A DNA stretch of 64,000 nucleotides. Origin: the human T2T-CHM13v2.0 reference genome, Homo sapiens. The notes below the pieces were generated by a model. The model was not told the DNA's origin. It saw only the letters and a program-made list of their open reading frames with translations, and made no database searches. Position 1 is the first letter of the stretch. Every line of letters begins with the position of its first letter. The DNA is taken from NCBI RefSeq assembly GCF_009914755.1, contig NC_060943.1; one strand, written 5' to 3'. Positions 45,201 through 57,630 of the stretch are shown piece after piece. A program made the translations under genes and the position numbers.

Positions 45201-48200
45201 GCAGGAGGAGGAGGTGAGAGGAAGGATGGGAGGTGGAGGGAGGAAAAGAGAAGGAGACTGGGAATGAGGAGGAAGGAGAGTGGGGACGAGGAGAAATGAG
45301 AGGGGGAATGAGGAGGAAGGAGAGTGGGGATGAGGAGAAAGGAGAGGGGGGATGAGGAGGAAGAAGAGGGGAAATAAGGAGAACAGCGGGGATGAGGAGA
45401 AAGGAGGGGGATGAGGAGGAAGAAGAGCGAGGATGAGTTGGAAGGAGAGGGAGGATGAGGAAGGAGAGGGGGATGAGGAGGAAGGAAAGGAGGATGAGGA
45501 GGAAGGAGGGGGTGATGAGGAGCAAAGAGAGTGAGGATGAGGATGAAGGAGAGGGAGGATAAGGAGGAAGAAGATAGGGAATGAGGAGGAAGGAGAGCAA
45601 GGATGAGGAGGAAGGAGGGGAGAAAAGGAGGAAGGAAAGGGGGATGAAGAGGAAGAAGAGGGAGGGTGAGGAGGAAGGAGAAAGAGGATGAAGAGGAAGG
45701 ACAGGGAGTATGAGGGCGAAGGAGGGGGGATGAGGAGGAAGTAGGGAGGATGAGTAGGACGGAGGAGGTATGAGGAAGAAGGAGATGGGGATGAGGGGGA
45801 AGGAGGGGGGATGCGGAGGAAGGGGGGATGAAAAGGAAGGAGAAGGGGGATGAGGAGGAAGGAGAGGAAGGATGAGGAGGAAGGAGAGGGAGTATAAGGA
45901 GGAAGGAGAGGGAAGATGAGGAGGAAGGAGAGGGGGATGAGGAGGAAGGTGAGGGAGTATAAGAAGGAGAGGGAAGATGAGGAGGAAGGAGAGGGGGATG
46001 AGGAGGAAGGAGAACAAGGATGAGGAGGAAGGAGGGGGGATAAGGAGGAAGGAAAGAAGGAATGAGGAGGAAGAAGAGGGGTATAAGGAGAAAGGGGGGA
46101 TGAGGAGGAAGGAGGGGGGATCAGGAGGAAGCAGAGGGGGATGAGGAAGAAGGAGAACAAGAATGAGGAGGAAGGAAGGGGGATAAGGAGGAAGGAAAGA
46201 AGGAATGAGGAGGAAGAAGAGGGGTATAAGGAGAAAGGAGAGAGGGGATGAGGAGGAAGGAGGGGGGATCAGGAGGAAGGAGACGGGGGATAAAGAGGGA
46301 GGAGAGGGGGGATGAGGAGGCAGGAGACAGGAAATGAGGATGAAGGAGATGGGGGAGGAGGAGGAAGGAGAGAGGGATGAGGAGGAAGGAAAGGGTAATA
46401 AGAAGAAAGGAAGTCTTGGAGAAGGAGGAAGGAGAGGGGGGATGAGGAGGAAGGAGAGAGGGATGGTGAGGAAGGATAGGAAGATGAAGAGAAAGGACAG
46501 AGGGGATGAGGAAGAAGGAGAGGGAGGATGAGAAGGAAGGAGAGGGGCATGAGGAGGAAGTAGAGGAAGGATGAAGAGGAAGGAGAGGGGAGATGAGAAG
46601 GAAGGAGAGGGGGGATGAGGAGAAAGGAGAGGGGGGATAAGGAGGAAGGAGGGGGGATGAGGAGGAAGGAGAGGGGGATGAGGAGAAAGGAGAGGGGGGA
46701 TGAGGAGGAAGGAGAGGGGGGATGAGGAGGAAAGAGATAGGGATGAGGAGGAAGGACACCAGGGATGAGGGGGAAGGAGTGGGGGATGAGGAGGAAGGAG
46801 AGGGGGATGAGAAGAAAGGAGACAGGGGATGAGGAGGAAGGAAAGGGGGAATAGGAGGAAGATGAACAGGGATGAGGAGAAAAAAGGGGAGATGAGGAGG
46901 AAGGAGAGCGGAGATGAGAAGGAAGAAGAAGGGGGATGAGGAGGAAGTAGAGGGGGCATGAGGAGGAAGAAGGGGGGATGAGGAGGAAGAAGAGGGGGTA
47001 TAAGGAGAAAGGAGGGGTGGATGAGGAGGAAGAAGAGGGGGATGAGGAGGATAAGGAGGAAGGAGAGGGGTATGAGGAGGAAGGAGAGAGGGGATGAGGA
47101 GGAAGGAGACAGGAGATGAGGAGGAAGGAGAGGGGGATGAGGACGAAGGAGGGGGGATGAGGAGGAAGGAGGGGTGGATGAGGAGGAAGGAGGGGGATGA
47201 GGAGGATAAGGAGGAAGGAGAGGGGTATGAGGAGGAAGGAGAGAGGGGATGAGGAGGAAGGAGACAGGAGATGAGGAGGAAGGAGAGGGGGATGAGGACG
47301 AAGGAGGGGGGATGAGGAGGAAGGAGGGGGGATGAGGAGGAAGGAGGGGGGATGAGGAGGAAGGAGGGGGGATGAGGAGGAAGGAGGGGAGATGAGGAGG
47401 AAGGAGAGGGGCGATGTGTAGGAAGGAGATGGGGGGATGAGGAGGAAAGAGAAGGAGGGATGAGAAAGAAGGAGGGGGGATTAGGAGGAAGGAGAGGGGC
47501 AATCAGGAGGAAGGAGACAGGGGATGAGGAAGAAGGGAGGGTATGAGGAAGAAGGAGAGGGGGATGAGGAGAAAGGAGAGGGGTGATGAGGAGGAAGGAA
47601 GGAGAGATGAGGGGGAAGGAGAGGGGGATGAGGAGGAAGGAGAGGGGTGATGAGGAGGAAGAAGAGGGAGGATAAGGAGGAAGGAGAGGTGTAATGAGGG
47701 GGAAGGAGAGGGAAGATGAGGAGGAAGGAGAGGGGGATGAAGAGGAAGGAAAGGGGGGACGTGGAGAAAGGAGAGAGGGGATGAGGAAGAAGGAGGAGGG
47801 ATGAGGAGGAAGGAGAGGGGGGATGAGGAAGAAGGAGAGGGGGTATGAGGAGGAAGGAGATGGGGGGATGAGTAGTAAGGAGATGGGGGGATGAGGGGGA
47901 AGGAGGGGGGATGAGGGGGAAGGAGGGGGGATGAGGAGGAAGGAGGGGGGATGAGGGGGAAGGAGGGGGGATGAGGAGGAAGGAGGGGGGATGAGTAGGA
48001 AGGAGATGGGGGGATGAGGGGGAAGGAGGGGGGATGAGGAGGAAGGAGATGGGGGATTAGGAGGAAGGAGAGGGGGGATCAGGAGGAAGGAGACAGGGGA
48101 TGAGGAAGAAGGAGGGGGGGATGAGGAGGAAGGAGAGGTGTGATGAGGAGGAAGGAGAGGGAAGATGAGGAAGGAGAGGAGGATGAGGAGGAAGGAAAGG

Positions 48201-48432
48201 GGGATGAGGAGGAAGGAGAGGGGATGAGGAAGGAGAGGGCAGATGAAGAGGAAGGAGGGGGGATGAGTAGGAAGGGGAGGGGTTATGAGGAGGAAGAGAG
48301 GGATGAGTAGGAAGGAGATGGGGGGATGAGGAGGAAGGAGAGGGGGAATCAGGAGGAAGGAGACAGGGTATGAGGAAGAAGGAGAGGGGGACATGAGGAA
48401 GACAGAGAGTGAGGATGAGGAGGAAGGAGACG
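45201..48432 (+). repeat. ~3.2-kb purine-rich minisatellite, ~20-22 bp unit GGATGAGGAGGAAGGAGAGGG
   Basis: Roughly 150 degenerate units (length divided by unit size); near-absence of C on the + strand. Confidence 0.97.
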
Positions 48433-48519
48433 GTCTCTTCCAAGAGCAAGGTCTCCACTTTCCTGTTGCCTCACACGGACTGCCGGCCTCTTGGCTGGAA
48501 CACACCTTGCTGCCTTTTC

Positions 48520-48790
48520 CCTACACACACACATTCTGTATACATACATACCGCCTGCACACACTCTGGGCATGTCATTATACACACTGTGTCATCTGCT
48601 CACATCAGCTGTCACTCCTCTATGCCAGCAGACATTATTTGTGTGTGTGCACGCACACACACACACACAGGGGACTCCCCATCTGCACACACGCTCTCTG
48701 TCTGCACACAATAGGCATGCCATCCACACACGGGTATACTGTCCGCATACAAGTGTGTGCACACACATACACATCCTCTCTGCATACCTG
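48520..48790 (+). repeat. CA/TG-rich low-complexity tract
   Basis: Interrupted (CA)n and (TG)n runs. Confidence 0.7.
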
Positions 48791-48890
48791 CTGTCTGTGT
48801 CCTGAGGTCACACCCCTGGGACCCCAGCACCTAGAAGAGTTAGGGGACACATAGCCATGGGAAAGGGTGGTGCTTGAGGCTGAGACCCAG

Positions 48891-49041
48891 GGGTGGCCAA
48901 CCTCTGGGTGGCCAACCTCTGGGTCCCTCCCCAGGCCCAGAGACAGGGAGGCAGGTGTGGGGGAACTATGCCCCTACCGACCCTCCAGGCACACTCCAGG
49001 TGTGGGGGAACTCTAGCCCCTGCCAACCCTCCAGGTGCACT
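48891..49041 (+). repeat. Two short tandem duplications (15 bp x2 at 48891-48920; ~45 bp x2 at 48952-49041)
   Basis: gggtggccaacctct x2; caggtgtgggggaact..gcccct.cc.accctccagg..cact x2. Confidence 0.8.
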
Positions 49042-52000
49042 TGCCGCTCCCTTTCTCATCTCTCACCAGGCCTCCCCCAGCTCTGTCACTCATCCCCTGC
49101 CCCTCTGTCCCCTCAGCCTGCTCACCCTAGTATCTCTCTGCCCATCCCCCAGCCAAAAGGGCTCTGGAAGCCACGGTGTAGACCGATGGCACCACTGCAA
49201 TCACACGGGACCAACCCTTCCACAGCAAAGAAGTGAGAGCTCTGAGCCCAGCAAGGCCTGGTCCTCCATCCAGGTGTGCCCCCCACCACCCACCTCCAAG
49301 CCAGCACCAGGCCTTTCACACAGCAGGCACTCCCTAGAGACTCGCCAAGCTGGATAAAACCTCTAGATACCACTTGTCTAAAGTGGCATGGGACCAGCTC
49401 AAAACTTGACAAAGAATCTTGCACCCATTATCCCCCCTCACCGGCCCCGGGTCCTGGAAGGAGCCGGACAGCGAGTGGCACTTGCTGGTGAGTACAGAGA
49501 GCCCAGCCGGAGAGAGGAGGGAAAGGGGGATTAGGGGGCACAAGCCAGTGTGGCCCGGCGCCGGGGCTCTCCCCAGACAGAGAATCTCAATCAATAGGGC
49601 TTTTTATTTTTATTTTGAAATGGAAAAATGACATTTTGCAACATTACCGTGAAAAATTAAGCTAGATCTGAAGCATCACAGATGTTTTGCAAATAAAACC
49701 AGGGCTTTCTGTGGCTGGTGATTGCTGAATTTAAACCCGCAGGTACCCTGGCCCAGCCAGCAGGCCCCGGGGGAGCAGTCTGTGTCCACCTGACCCTGCG
49801 CTTCTGGGGAAGCGTGGTCTGCCTACAGAGCCTAGGGGGACAGCAGCCACATGTACACGAGGCCAGGCAGCCCCAGCTCCCCAGGCACGGTGACCTTTTG
49901 CCAACTTCGGACCGGAACACAAATCTACCATCACTCTATATCGGCTTTGATTGGATCAAAATCCCATCGGAAAACAGGGGGAAAGGCAATAAAACCTCCA
50001 GAATTGATATTAAACCACTGACATTTCACAAACCGCGCAGCGCTGGCAGCTGCCAGTCTATCAGCAGGAGGGACTCGAAGGGGACAAGTCAGGCATGAAG
50101 GTCACGGCAGTACCACAGAGCTCCGCCCAGGCCCCACGTCAGCACCAAGGGGAGAAAGGGCCTAGATGGCCACAGCCCCCCCAGGACCACCCCATCCCTC
50201 TGCACCTGGTTGGTCCATTTGCCACATGTGCTCTCTGCAGTGGGGGAATGAACTGACCTCTGAAGCCAAAGATGATGTCAAATCCGGAGGTTGTGACTGT
50301 CCTCAAACCCCAGTACTGTGCCTACTGCAGTCCCACAGTGCAGAGGCCACCACCTAGGATGAGACCAGGACAGACCAAGGTTCCTCTGAGAGAACAGCTT
50401 GGGCCTGAGGCCCCACCAGAAGATGTGAAATGGCCTCAGCTTCCTGCAGCCCAGCACCCACTGACCCCTGCCATGTGCCAGGCAAGGTGACTAGGCAGGT
50501 ACGAGGATGACCAGAGCACAGCTCCTGCCCTGGAAGGGCTCAGAGCATGCATCTTTTTTTCCAGGTAACCCCACCTGGGCAGAAGCTGGGAGTGGGCTGA
50601 AATGAGACCCTGCCAGGTCCCAGCCCCCTCCCCGAGCACACCGCCTCTCACATGGACATTGGGCCTCCCAGAGCCCATCAACTCTGGCACAGACTTGCAT
50701 GCGCATAGAGCCAGCCCTGTGCTGGCCTTCGAGGGACAGTGCAAGAAGCCGTTAGCTCCCTCCAGTACTCAGGGAGACCCAGAAAGCCACTCTAGAGGTA
50801 GCGAATCCTGCCACCTCCCCCAGCCCCCAAGCCCTCAGCAGACATCGCAACATGGTACACTCTCCTGCTAAGCCCAGGTGCAGCCTCAGACTCTGGGAGC
50901 TGGCCTGAGATGAAAGCAGGTCTAGGGCCTTCCTGAAATAAGAGCTTAAAGCCAGACACGAGGGCAGTTCTTCATGTAGGGACAAAAACAAGGGCAGTCC
51001 AACATGTTAGGAGGAAGCAAGCAGGAGGAAGTCTTCCTGGAGGAGGAGAGACTGCAGCTGGCCAGAGTCTGCCAGGAAAGCTGTGTGAACAGGCAGGCAA
51101 GCAGGTGCAGACCTGAGCCAGGCTGGCAACCACGAGGGTTGTGAAGTGGGACGGAGTCCACATCCTGTGCCCTACCGTGGAGCCCCAGGTGGGGCCCTAG
51201 ACCTTCAGGGGCCACTCAGCCCAGGACAGTGTTGGTGGGATGGAGGATCCTCTGCTTCCCCCACCCTTCAGAGCCACCCCAGGGCACAGAGGCGAGCCAC
51301 CAAGAGCCAGGAAACTCCTGTGTCCACAGTGTCACCAGCTGGCCCCAGGACCCATTCTCAGGGATGCTCTGGTCAGAAGCCTCTAGATGGTGGCCCAGGA
51401 AGATGGAGAAGGGATGCCAGAACCTTGGGGGTTTGGATCAGAAGCCACACTTTAGTGTGACTGGCATTTCCCGAGCCACTCGGGATCCAGAAATTCAGGG
51501 GACACAGAAACATGAACATTGACCTGAGTGCACCCCATGACAATTTGCAAAGCTACTTCCTGGGCATCAGCTGGTGGACCTCACAGCAGCCCTGGGAGCA
51601 GGGAAGGAACCCAGTGCCCTCTGAGCAGAGGGTCCAAGGCTCGGTGTGGTGGAGAGACTCAGCACAGATCCAACAGTGGCAGTGTCTGCATCCAGGCTTT
51701 GACCACCCCTTCACTGCCTCCATTGCACCGTGCTCCCCGCCCTGTGTTCCTGCTTCCCTGACGACATCAGACCAACCCTGCAGGAGGTTGGTCAGTCACA
51801 GGGGACCAAGGCTGGCAGGACCCAGCACTGGGAAGCTGCCACAGATGCCCCAGGCCCCCATAGCATCTCCACTGGAACCATTAAAAGGCATCCTGCCAGC
51901 AGGTAGCCTTCTCCATGGGTCTGGAGAGCACAAGGGAGCCAGGGCCCTGACCCTCTGGCCGACCCTTGGTCATGACGAGCTGGCTCCATGATTTCTAATC

Positions 52001-52265
52001 ACCAGCCTTGCCATTAAGGTGAAGGAAGCGCACGGGGAAATAGCAGATTTTATCTCCAACAGATCGATCTGCTGAGATCCATCTGGCCCCAGCCTCTTAA
52101 TTCTCCATAATGTCAAAGCAATTTTTTGTTAAGTATACAGTCTGTCCTCTACTAAATTAAACTAATAGATCTAGTGGGAAATAAAACCCCAAGTGTATTG
52201 AGAATATTAAAAATAAAAAAAATAAACTCTTCATGGGTCTATAAGATTTATCTTGGCAAATGATT

Positions 52266-52270
<5 letters not shown>

Positions 52271-52301
<31 letters not shown>
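52271..52301 (+). repeat. (AC)15 microsatellite
   Basis: Read directly from the sequence. Confidence 0.97.
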
Positions 52302-52303
<2 letters not shown>

Positions 52304-52579
52304 GGCTGTAATAAAATCAATTTGGGGGTGCTCAGCTCCACCAGTCACCTCCAAGTTCTGGCCATTCCTCTCCTCTTAGTAACACCACCCCTCTTAAGCA
52401 CCTGGGTTCAAAAGTGGCTGGGCTATGCCCTCAAATACCCCATGCTACATCCTCACATCACCAAAGCTAGCAAGGCGTATGCACCAACATGTGGACTGTT
52501 GCTGTTAGGGCCACACCCCAGGTGCTGACTGACTGGCTCTCAAAACCAATCCCCCCATTCACCCACTGCAGGCAGCAAT

Positions 52580-52690
52580 GCCAGTACACCCATTTTACAG
52601 ATGAGAAAAACGAAGCTCTGCAAGGCCAAGGCAAAGCCAGGATCTGAGCCAACGTCCATCAGACTCCATAGCCCTGGACCCCACTCTGCT
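52580..52690 (-). mobile_element. MIR
   Basis: cccattttacagatgagaaaaacgaagctc. Confidence 0.65.
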
Positions 52691-55600
52691 TCGTTCTGCT
52701 TTGCTTTGTTTTGCTTTTTACTTAATTGTCCATTTGGCCATACACAGCCCAGGCCGTGAGGCAGGATCTTGCTTTGATGACACTCATCAGAGACAGCGTC
52801 TGGGCTTTCCCTATAGAACACAGAGGCTGGCACCCAAGGGAGGGCAGAGGAACCAGGAAGGGTGGGGCGAGGCAGGCTGGCCCTGGGACTTGGGCACAGG
52901 GGCCTGCTCTGAAACCCACCCACCTTCACTGCACCAGATGCACTGCTGTTTGCTGGGGCCAGATCTGCAGGCAAAGGGGGTGGCCAGCAGAGGAAGGTGG
53001 GAGGTGAGGACACATTAAATGGTCTCTCCTCAGAGCCAGGACCCAATAAGGAGGGGTCTGTGGCAACCACGTGGCTTCTGCCCTCAGCTCCCAGCCACCG
53101 CCCCTCTAGGGGATGGCAGTTTCCCAGCTCCCACTGCCCCCTATGCTGCCATCAGGGTCAGAACTCCTCCTTGTCACCAAGTCCAAAGCCTTACCCTGTC
53201 CTGTCCCCCAATGCCACTTCTGCTGATCCTGCTTTCTTGGAGTTTTCTCTTTGTCCCAGTGAAGTCCCCAGATCTCCTGCCTGTACCCCCTTGCATAGGC
53301 AGCTGCTTGTCTGGGATGCCGATGTACCCTAACCCCTTCCCACCTAGCTCAGCCAGATTCTACTCTGCACTTAGGCGGAACTCAGGAAGCCTCCCCAGGC
53401 AGGACCCACTGCTCACCTCTTCAGGTGGCCCCTGCCAGGGCTGGGATCACTATGTGCTTAGCTTGATTCCCCACGAGGCTCTGAGCCTCATAGCCAGGGC
53501 CACATCTTGCTTAGCTCTGAGCCCCGCTCTTCTGGGCACAGGAATCCTTGATGTGGCTGCAAAGCCCCAGCTTCCCTTGTCCTGCCTCCTGTCCCACCAA
53601 GCCCCCCTCGCTCACAAGCCATGCTCTACCCCCATGTCTCCTCCCATGGGCTTGGCACTCGTGTGTCCTCTGCCAAAAGCACTCTTCCTTCCCCAGGTCT
53701 GCCTGGCTGACAGCCCCAGACCTTCCCCCACCACCAAAATTCCCACTACGTGCGGGTGTGCACCGAGCACTGGGTGAAATATCAGACTTAGTTTTTGTTT
53801 CTTCTCTGGGGGTCTGTCTCCACCCGCTCCCGGGTGCAAATCCGAATTCCCTGCAGGCAGGAAGCCTGTGTGTCTTGCTTATGGCAGCATCCCCTGCACC
53901 AGCATATCATGAGACACATGCTAGATAAATGATCAGTCTTCGGGACATGTTGGCTGGAAAAATGTCTGGGGTGAAACAGGCCCTGCCTGGAGTTTCTCCT
54001 GTGGTGTTCACCTTCTCTAGACCATCCCCAAACCCAACTGATCCTGCCTGTGACAAGGAAGCAAACAGCCCAAGGCTCTGAAGATGCAGTGTGATGGCAC
54101 CGATGCAGCAATGTCAGGCCAGACCCTGGGGCCTGGCAGCTGTGAGTCCTCTTGCTGCTGCTGGCCAACCCCTGGCTGACCACGAGCAGGCCTGCTTTGC
54201 CAAGTGCGAGCGCACACGGGAAAGGGCAGGCTGCCTCCCTGATGGCCCTGGTGACAGCAGGGGGCCCTCTCTTGTCTCCATGCAATGCAGGGACTGGCAC
54301 CTGCTACCCTCCTCCTGGAACTCAGCACTCCAAGTTGCTGAGGACGTGGGGCAAGCAAGGGCCCCAGGAACCCAAAATGTGAGCCGTTTCACTTGCCCCT
54401 CCTTCCGTCTTAGGGGCATCAATCACTGCTTCCCTCTCCAGCAGTACCCAGCAGTCCCTGTCAGGGTCCAGGCAGGGCCAGGCCTCCACCCCTCGATGAC
54501 CTGATGTGTGCCCTTGGAGGGGCGTCTTCCTGGGACCGGACTTCAGGCCATTATCCCTGACACTGGTGGCGTGTGAATGACTAAACTGGCCAAAAATAAA
54601 AGCCCCCATAAATCTCCTATTTTCCTATAAGCTGTCGGGTACACAGAGTGTGCTGGGATTATTGATAGAAAACTTTATGGATGGGCTGCATCTTAAAATC
54701 AAAATACATTACCCAAAATCAATGTTGCCGTACATGGTACAGGGAGGACAAGAAAGGTCATCCGAGACAAGAATACTGAAACCCAACTCCAAGAGGACCT
54801 GAGCATTAAAATAAATAAATTTTGAAAGTGAGTTCCAGGAAAAACACTCACTTAGGGCTGTAATTTAAGGGTGCTTTCACAAGAGGCTGGGCAGTCTTTT
54901 TAAATAGCGCTTTTTAAAGTGCCTCTGAGAGTCCAGTGAATCCATCCACAAAATGGTATTGACAAGCACCCCAGCTCACAGCCCTATAATAACAGCTCAT
55001 GATAGGTAATGAGTGAGAGCCCCGAGGCTGGGCACACAGTAGCCAGGCCCTGGCAGAAGCAAGCCCCCCGGGCACAGCCAACTGGGCAGGGCAGCCAACC
55101 CATGGCCCCATCAACCACATTACAAGAGGATCTGCCTCCAGGTCTCTGTGCACAGCGACCCCACAGGCATTTTATAGCTGTGGATGGAGGGAGGGGAAAA
55201 CCGTGTTAGTTCCCATTGATGATTAATCAGGACTAGAAACAAAATGATCATGAAATACTCTCAAGTCCATAGCTTCACATAACCACGATTCACTGCAAAC
55301 AGGTCATCTTTGTAGGAGCCCAAGAGATACCACAGTAGGTAGACCTGAATGGCTGTGTCCGCAGAGCTTAGTGTCCCTTTGGGAGAAGTGACACGCATGC
55401 TCCTCCCCAGCCACCTTCTTTAGAGTCTCCAACTGAGAGACCACATCCCACCAGGACTTAGTGAGAAGGAAATGGCTCCCCTGCAGGGAGTGGGGAGCCA
55501 GGCTTGGCAGAGACTGGCAGGGAAGGAACCCAGTGCCCTCTGACTGGCAGGAGCTGCAGTCTGGTCTTAGCTCACTAATCCTCCAACTAGCCAAAGGGCT

Positions 55601-55745
55601 AAGTCGAAGAGACAAAATCCCTGCCCTGCTCACAGAAAACCCACAGCAAAAGGGAGGCAAAGTGCTCCTAGCAGGGTTCCCTGTCCGAATATTTGCTAGG
55701 CTCTAACTATGGGCAGGCCCAGCTGGGAGTTAAAGACACAGAGAA

Positions 55746-56602
55746 AGCCAGTGTGGTGGCTCACTCCTATAATCCCAGTGCTTTGGGAGGCAGAGGCAGG
55801 AGGACTGTTTGAGGCCAGGAGTTTGAGACCAGCCTGCACAACACAGCAAGACCCCATCTCTACAAAAAATATTAAAAATAAAACATTAGCTGGGTATGGT
55901 GGCGCATGCCTGTAGTCCTAGCTACTTAGAAGGCTGAGACAGGAAGATGGCTTGAGCCCAGGGGTTCAAGACCAACCTGGGCAACACAGCAAGACCTCAC
56001 CTCTACAAAAAATTTTAAACAAAATTAGCCAGGTATAGTGGTGCATGGCTGCAGTCCTAGCTACTTGGAAGGCTGAGGCAGAAGGATCGCTTGAGCCCAG
56101 GCATTCAAGACCAGCCTGGGCAACAGCAAGACCCCATCTCTACAAAAAACATTTTAAAAATTAGCTGGGTATGGTGGCGCATGCCTGTAGTCTCAGCTAC
56201 TTAGAAGGCTGAGACACGAAGATGGCTTGAGCCCAGGGGTTCAAGACCAACCTGGGCAACAGAGCAAGAACTCACCTCTACAAAAATTTTAAGCACAAAA
56301 TTAGCCAAGTGTGATGGTGCATGCCTGTAGTCCTAGCTACTTGGAAGGCTGAGGCAGAAGGATCGCTTGAGCCCAGGGGTTCAAGACCAGCCTAGGCAAC
56401 ATAGCAACACCCCATCTCTACAAAAAAAATATATATATATTAGCAAGGCATGGTGGGCTAATCCTCCTGGTGTCAGCATGATAACTCTGGAGGCTGAGGT
56501 GCTTGAGCTCAGGACGTTGAGGTGCAGTGAGCTAAGATCGTGCCACTGCACTCCAGCCTGGACAACAGAAAAAGACCGTGTCAAAAAAAAAAAAAAAAAA
56601 AA
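55746..56602 (+). mobile_element. Multimeric AluJ-like element (six monomers)
   Basis: Monomers start at ~55746, 55886, 56025, 56161, 56301 and 56440; single terminal poly-A. Confidence 0.9.
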
Positions 56603-56799
56603 CCATAGTGAAGGTGGGTCAGCTGCTCTCATCACAGTCTACAAGGCAGGGCAGAAAACAGATAGACCAAGCTGAACAGACAGGAAAGAGACTACAAGTC
56701 TAGCTCAGGCTGCTCCTTGCTCCCATCAGTCAAGGGTAGGGCCTTGCTCTCCACACCAACTCGAGGCATCAGGACCAGGGGCTCACCTGGAGGAGGGAA

Positions 56800-56982
56800 G
56801 AGCTTAGTGTTTTGGTTAAGATCCAGGACCCCAGAGTAAGACAGGCTTTGGGTTGATGCGTCACTCAGCCACTTACTAACTATGTGACCTTGGGCAAGTT
56901 CCGTAAGCTTCTGAGCTTCAACCATAAAATGGAGTGAAATCACCATGTCTACCCCTGGAGTTGTGATTGAGGTAAAATGAGC
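56800..56982 (+). mobile_element. MIR
   Basis: gccacttactaactatgtgaccttgggcaagtt...aaaatgg. Confidence 0.75.
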
Positions 56983-57630
56983 TCATTCATTCATTCCACA
57001 AGTATTTACTGAGCTCCTACTCTGTGCCCGACCCTGTTGTAGGCGCTAGAGATACATCAGTGAACAAGGCAGGCACAGTCTTAGAGACCTGCAACAAGAC
57101 ACTCAATAAATAAGGATGTGGTCCCATGTGTTGGAAGATGGCTGGCGAAATGGAAAAAATAAAGGAAGCAGAGTGAGGGCCTGGGAGTGCTGGGTGGTGG
57201 GAGGAGAGGCAGTGTAGACTGCAGTGTTAAATATGGTGGCCCAGGTGGGCCTCATGGAGAAGGTGACTGCTTGACAAAAACCAGAGCACAACGGAGTTAG
57301 CCAAGCAAGTATCTGTGGGAGAAGCATGTCAACCAGATGGTGCGGCTGGTGCAAGGGCCCTGGGGTAGAAGCATGCCCAGTGTGCTGCATTGTAGGAAGG
57401 AGAACAGTGTGGCTAGGGGAGTGTGAGCTATGGAGAAGACAGAAAAGATGAGAAGATGAAGGAAAAGGGTGAGCAGGAAGCAGAAAGGCAGATGGTTTGA
57501 CCTTGGCAGCCACTGCAAGGCCACTGGTGTTTATGCCAAGTGAAATGGGAGCCACTGTGGGGTTTTTCAGCAGTGGAAGAGGGATCTGATTTCCCTGAGA
57601 AGGATCTCTTTGTCATGTTGAGAACTGATG
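56983..57630 (-). mobile_element. L2 (L2a-like) 3' region
   Basis: tcattcattcattccacaagtatttactgagctcctactctgtgcc terminus, followed by L2 body motifs. Confidence 0.75.

Noticed and set aside
45091-48505. 803-aa and 794-aa minus-strand ORFs (Pro/Ser/Leu-rich)
   Set aside because: Stop-free only because the strand is a C/T minisatellite; several frames are open and there is no domain
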